Shown piece by piece: positions 21,773 to 30,286 of a stretch of DNA of 64,000 bases. The stretch is from the IMG/VR virus record IMGVR_UViG_3300038760_000071, positions 16,260 to 80,259 of that record; one strand, written 5' to 3'. Within the stretch, counting starts at the first letter, position 1; each line of letters starts with the position of its first letter. Under the pieces are notes generated by a model that worked only from the letters and a program-made list of their open reading frames with translations, did not search any database and was not told the origin of the DNA. The DNA is from a virus. Made by a program: the position numbers and the translations under genes.

Positions 21773-23266
21773 TTATGCTAAAGGCTCATATCCAAACATT
21801 GATAGCTCATTCATATCATCTTGAGCTTGATCAGCACCCATACCGAAAACTATAGGCGGTAAGCAAGAATTATTATCACCCACTATTTCATTATCTAAAT
21901 ATAAAGATGTTGCATCTTCAAAATATTGAATACCGAAATCCATTTGTTCAATAGTAGCAGGTTTACCTCGCTCATCTAGTTCCACAATTTCAAAAAATCT
22001 TTCTGTTATTTCTTTCTCTAGAATGAACAGAGCGTATAGCAATGACATCACTCTATCATCATGATGACTTCTCCTAGCCTTCCATGTACCGTTTGGCCAT
22101 CGAACAAAATTCTTAAGCTCAGTTAAAGTTTCTATATCATTAATCTGAACTGCTCGTACATCATTAATAAAATATCGCATGTTTAATACACCCTGATATT
22201 TTGTATTAGTATGAGCAATCATACCTAGCATTATATTTTTCCTATGAGCCGCTTTATTACCATATGATACAATTTTCTCATATCCCATATCATTCGCTAA
22301 CCTATCTACAACTTGTGCACCACAATTATTACGCTCAATTAATGCCAACGGCATGCCGTAGTTACGGAGAACAGAATATACCTTAGTTGCAAATTCAAGA
22401 GGAGGTATTTTATTGCTAGTATAACAAGCAACCTGCCGTATATCTTTAATATCTGTTATATCTAATATTTGTATACATGATGAGTCGGCACCAACACCCT
22501 CCGCTGTATCAACACCAGCAACATAAACACGTGATGGGTCTGCCTCTTCCCATATCTTATAATGACCATCATCTAAAATAATTTTTGGATCTCGAGTCTT
22601 AGAAACCATCTCCTCAAATAAATCATCATCAATTGATGATTCACCTGTTGATAAAAATTCGCAATTAAATTCTTGTCTCCACGCATCATTTGATCCAATT
22701 GCCTGTCTAGTAGATTTAACCCAATCATCATCTCTATCCGGCACTTCATGCCACATAATTTTATCATGCGCCCAGCCATTTTCACCATCCACTGCACCCT
22801 TATATAATGTATGAAATAGATTATCATTACCATTTGCGGTACTACATACAAATACCTTGGATTTCTTCGACGATGTAATTACTGGAAAAACTGACTTCCA
22901 AAACTCCTCAATTAGGTGAGTGTTATGGGAGAGAATACCGTTAGTATAATACTTATGCGTCCTCTCAACCTCAACAAAATCATAAACCTTCTCTTCACGA
23001 CCAATATCAATAATATCAACAACCTCACATAGACCATCTACAGTTTTAATTCTATGACCTATTGAATCACATGCAAGAATAACATCCCCAGCTGCATCAA
23101 TAAACCCATGGTTTTTAGATACGTGTATATAATCACCGTTATCTAAAACAACTTGAAATAGCTTCTTCTTTGAATATTCAGCAATACCCTTAAAGTCTCT
23201 CCAACCCTCATCTGTTTCTATTTCCCATTCATCATTAGGAATGAATCTTTCTATATCTTCTCGCAT
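21773..23266 (-). CDS. terL: Terminase large subunit, C-terminal fragment, with an N-terminal split-intein C part (IntC2, aa 1-115)
   Basis: ...VYDFVEVERTHKYYTNGILSHN|THLIEEFWKSVFPVITS; then STANG, QEFNCEF, GVDTAEG, IERNN and HDDRVMS motifs of gp17. Confidence 0.92.
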   Translation of the reverse strand: MREDIERFIPNDEWEIETDEGWRDFKGIAEYSKKKLFQVVLDNGDYIHVSKNHGFIDAAGDVILACDSIGHRIKTVDGLCEVVDIIDIGREEKVYDFVEVERTHKYYTNGILSHNTHLIEEFWKSVFPVITSSKKSKVFVCSTANGNDNLFHTLYKGAVDGENGWAHDKIMWHEVPDRDDDWVKSTRQAIGSNDAWRQEFNCEFLSTGESSIDDDLFEEMVSKTRDPKIILDDGHYKIWEEADPSRVYVAGVDTAEGVGADSSCIQILDITDIKDIRQVACYTSNKIPPLEFATKVYSVLRNYGMPLALIERNNCGAQVVDRLANDMGYEKIVSYGNKAAHRKNIMLGMIAHTNTKYQGVLNMRYFINDVRAVQINDIETLTELKNFVRWPNGTWKARRSHHDDRVMSLLYALFILEKEITERFFEIVELDERGKPATIEQMDFGIQYFEDATSLYLDNEIVGDNNSCLPPIVFGMGADQAQDDMNELSMFGYEPLA

Positions 23267-24426
23267 AAGTCTTCTTTTGTTATTATCTTAAAAGCATAAT
23301 CATTCTCTCTACACCACAATCGAGCTGCTTCAAACTTCGACTGATTCAAAGGTTGATTTACAAACTCACGTGGCTTTACCTCGTATAATACTTTATTTAC
23401 CTGATCACAAAAATCGACAATGTAAACTCGTTCCTTATTATCATATGTGTAAGGAATTCGAATTAATTCATAATCTAAATGAGGATTATTTTCATGAAAC
23501 ATTACCTCCCAACTACTACGATAATTATTAAGTCCAGTTAACTCTGAATATAACTTTTTATTGGAATATCTGTTGTTTGTATTTGGTGTAAATTCTCCGG
23601 TTAAAATCTTATTCCTCATAACATCGCTCATCTTTTTATATATTCCCCTAGCTCTATTTTTTTTTGTGAGTTTATCTCTCTTATCTTTTGTCCACGTCTT
23701 CTTATTTGACGTAGATATCTTGCTTTTTGTTGTTTCGCTATGATGGTATCCCCTACGAGATTTCACTCTCCGCTCTTTAACATCACCAGATTGCAAATAA
23801 GACAAATCACGATCCTTCCCAATAGTACTCAAAACATCACTAATACATCGCTTCTTACTACACGTTTTATTCAAGAAGAATGTATTCCTATTTTTAAAGC
23901 TGCAATAATCACCACATATACAGTATATTGAATCATTACACATACTTGCAAATTTATATTTAATATCCTCAATACCTTCTGTATGTTTAGATATATTGTG
24001 AATTAAGTCCTTATCATTTAGCAATGATGTATAGGCTGCTCGTTGAACATAGTCAGATAATCGTAGCATCGTCTCATCCGGAGGCATTGATATACCATCT
24101 TCAAAGATACCATCTTTTAATCTATCAATAAAGGATGCAATTGACTTTCCACTAAACGACACACCACCTTTAACATAGCCACGTTTATAGCTAATAAACT
24201 TCAAGTCTGGTAGGTAGTCGACATCATTAACTATATGATATAACTTTTGACCGAGTGGTAGCTCATCTAACGTAGGTGTATCTCTATAATACTCATTTAT
24301 AAAATTATAAACCTTCTCACCATCTTCGTATTTATCATACCATGCTCTATAATATGAGTTTTTATTAAGCTTCTTATCCTCAAAGAAATCAACTATACAT
24401 GACTGCATATAACGTTTATCGATCAT
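23251..24426 (-). CDS. Free-standing homing endonuclease (NUMOD3-like DNA-binding + TnsA-like PD-(D/E)XK domain)
   Basis: HHSETTKSKISTSNK and YRSSWE...YELIRIPY...YIVDF...EVKP motifs; lies between the halves of split intein 2. Confidence 0.7.
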   Translation of the reverse strand: MIDKRYMQSCIVDFFEDKKLNKNSYYRAWYDKYEDGEKVYNFINEYYRDTPTLDELPLGQKLYHIVNDVDYLPDLKFISYKRGYVKGGVSFSGKSIASFIDRLKDGIFEDGISMPPDETMLRLSDYVQRAAYTSLLNDKDLIHNISKHTEGIEDIKYKFASMCNDSIYCICGDYCSFKNRNTFFLNKTCSKKRCISDVLSTIGKDRDLSYLQSGDVKERRVKSRRGYHHSETTKSKISTSNKKTWTKDKRDKLTKKNRARGIYKKMSDVMRNKILTGEFTPNTNNRYSNKKLYSELTGLNNYRSSWEVMFHENNPHLDYELIRIPYTYDNKERVYIVDFCDQVNKVLYEVKPREFVNQPLNQSKFEAARLWCRENDYAFKIITKEDLCEKI

Positions 24427-24434
24427 ATATTTAT

Positions 24435-24902
24435 TTATGTCTTTTGGATAATATTCTCAATACTTCTTGTGACTATCTCCCCTGTATTTTTATTACGTAG
24501 CCTTACTGTAGTATCTTTAGACACACACTCAATGAAAGCCATCTCATCAATCACTAAGCATTGATGACTTAATACACCGTTAGCGTAATATGTATGAGTT
24601 TTCTCAACTTCTAGCAGCTCGTATACTTTACTATCATCAGTGTAAGTGGCAATATCGGTAATTTCAATACCACCATATAATTTATTTTTAATTAAAAGAT
24701 CTTTTGCATAAACGATCTCCTCGTTTTCTGCTAACAGTTTATGTAGAGGTGTACATATTAACTCTTTATCACTAGAGAGTGTGAGTTTAATTTTTGAAGG
24801 GTTACTACCGATTATAAGCCCTTTAAAGTCTCTGAAACCGTCGTTTGTTAGTACTTGATATTTGCTATTTTTAAAGCATTTATATTTTGTTAAGTCTGCC
24901 AT
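24435..24902 (-). CDS. terL: Terminase large subunit middle fragment: IntC1 (114 aa) + 11-aa Walker B extein + IntN2 (30 aa)
   Basis: ...HTYYANGVLSHQ|CLVIDEMAFIE|CVSKDTTVRLRNKNTGEIVTRSIENIIQKT. Confidence 0.9.
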   Translation of the reverse strand: MADLTKYKCFKNSKYQVLTNDGFRDFKGLIIGSNPSKIKLTLSSDKELICTPLHKLLAENEEIVYAKDLLIKNKLYGGIEITDIATYTDDSKVYELLEVEKTHTYYANGVLSHQCLVIDEMAFIECVSKDTTVRLRNKNTGEIVTRSIENIIQKT

Positions 24903-24906
24903 CTTA

Positions 24907-25824
24907 CTATTTTATTTTTGTTTCGAGATTTGTACCTCTTTTTGGGAAGCATTTAGGACAAGCGGGTCTATGACCAATAGATAAATCATGATAAAATCTA
25001 GCGTCACACTCTTGACATACCCATTTATATTTTTTATACAGTGCAACTCCGTTATACGTCTCATCCAACTTAACGTTATAATCTGTCTCAATTTTAGAGA
25101 TTAATTTAACTTGCTTTGTAAAAATGGCGCGCTGCGTAATAGCCTCAGATTGCATTGGGTTATCTACACCATATTTTTCATTCAATGTCTTTCGAGCTTT
25201 ATTTTTATAATCTTCAGTCTGAAAAAAGTGATCAACACCGTATTTTAAGTTATTATGTTTAACTCGTGTTGTCTTAAGCTTAGATATATCGCTACACGTT
25301 TTATTACTCCATGTATTAATCACTTTACTTTTAAAATCCTCGCTCTGCTGGTATATCTCGCTCCCGTATTTCTCCTGGTTGGTTGCCTTACTATGTGATT
25401 GACCGGCTTTTGATTGCAACCAAGACGTTGCACCATATTTCTCTATATTAGTTAATTTAATCTCCTCAACATTATATTTATTACTACATTTACGACAACA
25501 AAACTTACCATACCCGGATTTAAAATCCCGGTATTTGAGAATACTATTACACTGCATGCATGTTGGTGTCTCTGATATATTATGACACACATTATACGCA
25601 TTACGAGCAAATGTTAACTCAGAGTCATATAGTTCATGTTGCTTTATAAATGTCACTTCATCACCGTGGAGATATTTCGGAAAAACCTTAGGTATATTTG
25701 TAAGCGTTAATAGTACACTATTCACATCCATAATAGTATTTATTACCCAATTGGGTAAAGCCACCGGTAAAGGTATTATATTTTTAATTGTCCAGGAATA
25801 TAGGAAGTAACTCCCCACCTTCAA
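24907..25824 (-). CDS. Homing-endonuclease-like protein with EKYG repeats and zinc ribbons, apparently lacking its nuclease domain
   Basis: Repeated EKYG/LKYGV units and CxxC pairs; ends just after CPKCFP; lies between the halves of split intein 1; true start may be downstream (MDVNSV). Confidence 0.55.
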   Translation of the reverse strand: MKVGSYFLYSWTIKNIIPLPVALPNWVINTIMDVNSVLLTLTNIPKVFPKYLHGDEVTFIKQHELYDSELTFARNAYNVCHNISETPTCMQCNSILKYRDFKSGYGKFCCRKCSNKYNVEEIKLTNIEKYGATSWLQSKAGQSHSKATNQEKYGSEIYQQSEDFKSKVINTWSNKTCSDISKLKTTRVKHNNLKYGVDHFFQTEDYKNKARKTLNEKYGVDNPMQSEAITQRAIFTKQVKLISKIETDYNVKLDETYNGVALYKKYKWVCQECDARFYHDLSIGHRPACPKCFPKRGTNLETKIK

Positions 25825-27478
25825 ATTCAGCTGCTAACTCCTCCATGGAGCAATCAAATGTTAACCCAGTTTCTTTATCTTTCAACGTTATTATTGTCTC
25901 CCCGTCGACACAGTTGACGGATTGGCCACGGGCTGCTGACCCGGTCGTAGTAGTAATACCTATACGAGAGCCATTCTCAAGGGTCATGGACGTTTTGGCA
26001 TATTCTTTAACAGGCGGCTTAAGCCAGTTAGGTAGTTCCTCATATGCCATCCGAACTCTTTGAAATATTTCAATCGCAGTAGCTTCTTTGTTAGCTACTA
26101 GCAATATTCGCTGATCTGCATTAAAGCATGCTTGCCAGAGGATATAAATTGTCATCATTGTCGAGTTGTGAGTAGGTATATACTGATTACCTGCGAGAAA
26201 TTGCGAATCTTCACTATCAACAGTTATACACCTAACAGGAACCGATTCAACAAGCTCTATATTCTTTATAAAGTGATACTGCCCCCTTATTTTAAAGTTA
26301 TGCTTCTTCTCTTGATGCTTTATTCTTTTCTGCTTAAACGATAATAGAGCTACATCTTCAATTGGTTTAAATGTTATAGATGAGCATGGCTTACATTCCA
26401 CACCATTAAGTGTCGGTATATAGTCTTTTAATGTAACCTTATACCCTAGACTTTCAGTTAACTGCTTTACCTGTCTAGTGAGATTCTTATTTGTGTTATA
26501 AAACTGACATGTACCTGCTTTATTTATATAGCCATCACTATCAACTAAACCTTGCAGTAACTGTAATCGTTGCTCTCTACTCGCTAACATATAATCAACG
26601 GGTATATGTTTATTATTGAGTAAGTTATTATGTCTTAATAACGAACTAAGACTCTTTGTTTGTATATCAGACTCAACAGTAGGGCGAATAAAATAATTTT
26701 TCGAATTGTAGTTTTTAATAATAAGCTTATCAAATTGCTCTATCTTATCAAATATTTTAATCTGTTCGTCTATATCTCTATGACCAACTGTTATTGTACC
26801 GGTAGCAGATGTACCATCACCTAACCACAAGCCTAGGACATAGGGATGTATAGGTAATTCTTTCTCTATACCCCCAACACCATTAATACATGTTGGTATT
26901 CTGTGATTAGGCTCAGGTCTCTTCTTACCACTATATAGTGTGTCTAAAATATCTCTTGTTGTCTTAACTGACCCACTACACTCCTTTCTACGATCACCCC
27001 TCGTCTGAGTAAACCATAAATGATCACCATCTGCAACTATCTCCTCCCCGTTATCAAATGTTACTTTATAACAGTCACGATCATATAATACATCATGCGC
27101 TTTTAAAACACTACACTGATCACCCTTATTATCGTATATAACATCACCAGATTTAATAGACCCCATATCCATCCACCCGGTTGGTGTTGGTATTGGTGTA
27201 TCTAATGCTAGTGCCTTACCTATCTGTCTACTTGCTAGCTGTATAAAGAATCGATTATCTCTCATCTTACGGATGGCTCGCTTTTGAGCAGGATATAGCT
27301 TAATAGTCTCACGCCCACGATCAAGATTAATAATATAGAAATAATTTTCAGCAAAATAGAGTATATTCTGACTCGCTTTCTTAAGCGCGTTCACTTGCGA
27401 TGTAGTATATTCACCTTTCCAGTTAACATTTGGTAGGTTTTTGTTACCCATGTAGAACATATTACTTTGCTGAGCCAT
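25784..27478 (-). CDS. terL: Terminase large subunit N-terminal fragment with a cis intein and a C-terminal split-intein N part (IntN1, last 42 aa)
   Basis: LYPAQ adenine-binding motif; Walker A SRQIGK|intein|ST; ends RGQSVN|CVDGETIITL... Confidence 0.92.
   Translation of the reverse strand: MAQQSNMFYMGNKNLPNVNWKGEYTTSQVNALKKASQNILYFAENYFYIINLDRGRETIKLYPAQKRAIRKMRDNRFFIQLASRQIGKALALDTPIPTPTGWMDMGSIKSGDVIYDNKGDQCSVLKAHDVLYDRDCYKVTFDNGEEIVADGDHLWFTQTRGDRRKECSGSVKTTRDILDTLYSGKKRPEPNHRIPTCINGVGGIEKELPIHPYVLGLWLGDGTSATGTITVGHRDIDEQIKIFDKIEQFDKLIIKNYNSKNYFIRPTVESDIQTKSLSSLLRHNNLLNNKHIPVDYMLASREQRLQLLQGLVDSDGYINKAGTCQFYNTNKNLTRQVKQLTESLGYKVTLKDYIPTLNGVECKPCSSITFKPIEDVALLSFKQKRIKHQEKKHNFKIRGQYHFIKNIELVESVPVRCITVDSEDSQFLAGNQYIPTHNSTMMTIYILWQACFNADQRILLVANKEATAIEIFQRVRMAYEELPNWLKPPVKEYAKTSMTLENGSRIGITTTTGSAARGQSVNCVDGETIITLKDKETGLTFDCSMEELAAEFEGGELLPIFLDN
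26165..27214 (-). mobile_element. 350-aa class-3 intein with LAGLIDADG endonuclease, inserted in the TerL Walker A motif
   Basis: Starts with Ala (ALALDTPIPTP); HLW in block B, VRCITV in block F, IPTHN|S end; LGLWLGDG and LQGLVDSDG LAGLIDADG motifs. Confidence 0.9.
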
Positions 27479-27511
27479 TGAAAATATTTATACCTAGACA
27501 TAAATAAATAT
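27479..27511. promoter_or_regulatory. Back-to-back T4-type late promoters
   Basis: TATAAATA on the minus strand before terL and CATAAATA on the plus strand before 27512; similar TAAATA boxes 5-8 nt before ATG at 3642, 6449, 10830, 18627, 21137, 21764, 28969, 52674 and 63144. Confidence 0.7.
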
Positions 27512-28513
27512 ATGTCTACAAAAGATTTAATGAATTTAGGTCAGGTATACGGTACAATATTTAACGACTTTAAAAAAACTATTGTCAAAGAAAGTACCGT
27601 GCCTAAAGGTGAAATTGGAAACGCGGATCTCGAGCAGAAAGGTGGTCCTGAAGAGACTGCCGGTTATAGCAGCGATAGAGTTGATATAGAAGATGAAGAT
27701 CAAAAAAGTAATGATTATAACATTAAAGGTCTTTCATACGGTAAGGGTAATAATCCAGGCAATACACAAAGCCCTCAACCAACTACAGGTGATGCTGCTC
27801 TATTAGGTATTGTAGGTGACGGAGACGAGGATGAGGAAGATACTAAAAATGATGAATATCCATATGAATGTGACTGTGGTGAAACGTGGAAGACAAAGGA
27901 CGCTGCATCGCAATGTAGTACTTGCCAGGGGCACAGTAATATACACGATGAGGATGAAGAAATTTTACATGAAACAGAGAAAATTGCGAGGAATGGACTA
28001 AATAATTTTATGAAGCGAAAATCAGTCTTTGATAAACTTTACGATAAGGTCATGGTTAGTGAAAACTTTGGTGAATTAGAACCCAGTGATCTTGACTCCC
28101 TCGGGTTAGATGACGCTGTACCAGATAGTGAACTAGGTGATGAAGGTGAAGATGGTGATGAAATCACCGTTACCCTTGATCGTTCAACAGCCCAAGCTTT
28201 ATGTGATGTATTGCAAGCAGCTATCGGGCATAGTGAAGATGGTGACGAAGATTTTGGTGCCGGTGATAGTGATGATGGGTTTGATGGGTTCGATGGTGAA
28301 GAGGATGAAGAGGGCGCACCAACCGCACTAAACACATCTTATAATGATGGAAAGTCCAATAAAGTTGGATCACTTAAAGCAAAAGGTGGGGCGACATTTA
28401 AAGGTACTAACATAAAGGTAGATACAGGCTCCACCCACTCCGGCAGCTATAATGATGGTAAAAATAACAAGGTTGGTAACCTCAAAACCAATCAATCAGC
28501 TTTCGAGCAGTAA
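27512..28513 (+). CDS. Acidic late protein, possible prohead core/scaffold
   Basis: Very D/E-rich; IVKES, ILHE and MVSE patterns; duplicated YNDGK.NKVG.LK at the C-terminus. Confidence 0.45.
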   Translation: MSTKDLMNLGQVYGTIFNDFKKTIVKESTVPKGEIGNADLEQKGGPEETAGYSSDRVDIEDEDQKSNDYNIKGLSYGKGNNPGNTQSPQPTTGDAALLGIVGDGDEDEEDTKNDEYPYECDCGETWKTKDAASQCSTCQGHSNIHDEDEEILHETEKIARNGLNNFMKRKSVFDKLYDKVMVSENFGELEPSDLDSLGLDDAVPDSELGDEGEDGDEITVTLDRSTAQALCDVLQAAIGHSEDGDEDFGAGDSDDGFDGFDGEEDEEGAPTALNTSYNDGKSNKVGSLKAKGGATFKGTNIKVDTGSTHSGSYNDGKNNKVGNLKTNQSAFEQ

Positions 28514-28534
28514 TACTAACATATAACACATAAT

Positions 28535-28570
28535 AAAAAAGGCCCGCTGGTGTGAATCAGCGGGCCTTTT
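28535..28570 (+). terminator. Rho-independent terminator (possibly bidirectional)
   Basis: AAAAAAGGCCCGCTG...CAGCGGGCCTTTT. Confidence 0.8.
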
Positions 28571-28585
28571 GTATTAAATATATAC

Positions 28586-28912
28586 ATGATTACCTTCCTA
28601 GAATATTTTAAAGGTGATAAATATATGAACCCTATGCAGAGATCTGGTAAGAATCTCTACGGTGGTGTAGATAGAAAGCACCAAAATAATGTAAAGAAGG
28701 AATATAATTCAAAATGCCCCCATGTTAACAACTTACTAAATGGTGGAGCAGCTCAAATAAAACTGATGGGTGCACCTCTTATGCAGACATTATCTTCATA
28801 TAATATGGACTATCAACCAGGTACAGTAAAGGTGCTAGGCAACTCCGGAGTTGAGGTTAAGATGTACGAAGACGGAGAAAGTAATCAATGTGGAATCTTG
28901 ACTAGACGATAA
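28586..28912 (+). CDS. Hypothetical late protein (possible internal head protein)
   Basis: MITFLEYF N-terminus; TAAATA upstream. Confidence 0.5.
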   Translation: MITFLEYFKGDKYMNPMQRSGKNLYGGVDRKHQNNVKKEYNSKCPHVNNLLNGGAAQIKLMGAPLMQTLSSYNMDYQPGTVKVLGNSGVEVKMYEDGESNQCGILTRR

Positions 28913-28968
28913 CATGGTATGCCTTGAATCTAGACTTATAAAGCAAGCCTGTAGCCATAAATAAATGT

Positions 28969-29745
28969 ATGCCTTGCAACTCTGCTCGAATTAATTGCAC
29001 GCCAGCTGAGATTTTTGCAGCTACTGCAATACCAGCATGTGGTAAGCTTGTCAATCCTGAGAATTTACAAGCAGAGCAGCTCATATATGATCAATCATAT
29101 AATGACTTAATTAATAATTTTGGCATTGGGGTACAATATTATATTAACCCATTCAACCTATCAGCAGCTAACCTACTATATGGTGAGGAACCAACAAAGG
29201 TATTTAGGGGTCCGATTGATATCCAAATGTATATAGAGTTAGATGAAAACTCTATTAATCTAAGTAAATTTGGTTTTGATGCTGCTGATGACTTTACAGG
29301 TTACGTACATATTGATACATTCACTACAGCGGCGTCTGCTATTTTTGACTATTCAAGTGTTGGTCAAGATATAGAGCCAAAATCAGGTGACCTTATTGTT
29401 ATGCAGTCGCTTAGCTGTGATAGACCAAACGGCCGAGGACCAAAAATATATGAGATTACTGAGCGAAGAGATGATGATATATCTTCAATTAATCCCATGC
29501 TTGGTCATTATGTGTATAGGTTAAGAGCTAAGCGATATGAATATTCGTTCGAACCTAACGCGCCAAAAGAGCCAGTAAACGATCAGATATATGAAAATGC
29601 ATTTTCTGGTGTACTCTCTACTAACATACCAGGAGATAGTGTATCTGAAAATAAAACATACACATGGGATATAAACGATGAATCTCAAGTTAACATATAT
29701 AACATGGATAACAACGATACAGACATATATGGATCTTACTACTAG
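28969..29745 (+). CDS. Neck/head-closure protein (gp14-like)
   Basis: LLYGEEP, LSKFGF, EPKSGDLI and YVYRLRAKRYEYS motifs. Confidence 0.8.
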   Translation: MPCNSARINCTPAEIFAATAIPACGKLVNPENLQAEQLIYDQSYNDLINNFGIGVQYYINPFNLSAANLLYGEEPTKVFRGPIDIQMYIELDENSINLSKFGFDAADDFTGYVHIDTFTTAASAIFDYSSVGQDIEPKSGDLIVMQSLSCDRPNGRGPKIYEITERRDDDISSINPMLGHYVYRLRAKRYEYSFEPNAPKEPVNDQIYENAFSGVLSTNIPGDSVSENKTYTWDINDESQVNIYNMDNNDTDIYGSYY

Positions 29746-29788
29746 CCTGTGTTTGAAAGAGGTATTATATTCTTAGGTTGAGCTAGCT

Positions 29789-30277
29789 TTAGTAATACTC
29801 ATGATCTTGTGACTTCTTCTGTGCATCTGCTGCTGGTTGTGGAGATGCTGTTGACTGTTTTAAAGGTGTTTTACCCTCTTTAGCCGGTTTTGTAGACATT
29901 TCTATCTGACCAGCATCATTCTTTTTGAATATAACGGGGGATTTAAATTCGACACCATCAGTATCTGTAACGTATACTGACCAGGTACCCGAGCCTGTTT
30001 GGGTGATATCGCCTGGTGATAATCCCCGTTTATCTAAAATATCTACAATTTTACGCTTCTCCGGTGTATTATACTCTTCTATGGAATGTGGGGCTCTAAG
30101 ATCGTTCCTAATATTATCAACTATACTTGCAGCTGTAGGCATTGCTGCTCTAGCTAATCTACTAGTAGCTCCTACACCTACTCTAGTAACTCCTTTAGCA
30201 ACTCCTTTAGCAACTCCTTTTAAAGTTGCAGCAAACCCCTCAGACGTCAACCGTAATAGTTCTTTTTGTGTTAACAT
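29789..30277 (-). CDS. Hypothetical late protein with (KGVA)3 repeat
   Basis: TAAATA upstream; 12-nt tandem repeat near 30190-30222. Confidence 0.55.
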   Translation of the reverse strand: MLTQKELLRLTSEGFAATLKGVAKGVAKGVTRVGVGATSRLARAAMPTAASIVDNIRNDLRAPHSIEEYNTPEKRKIVDILDKRGLSPGDITQTGSGTWSVYVTDTDGVEFKSPVIFKKNDAGQIEMSTKPAKEGKTPLKQSTASPQPAADAQKKSQDHEYY

Positions 30278-30286
30278 ATAGCTTAT

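Noticed and set aside
23251-25824. Group I/II introns interrupting terL
   Set aside because: The intervening ORFs abut or overlap the flanking genes, leaving no room for a ribozyme core, and the breaks fall inside intein domains
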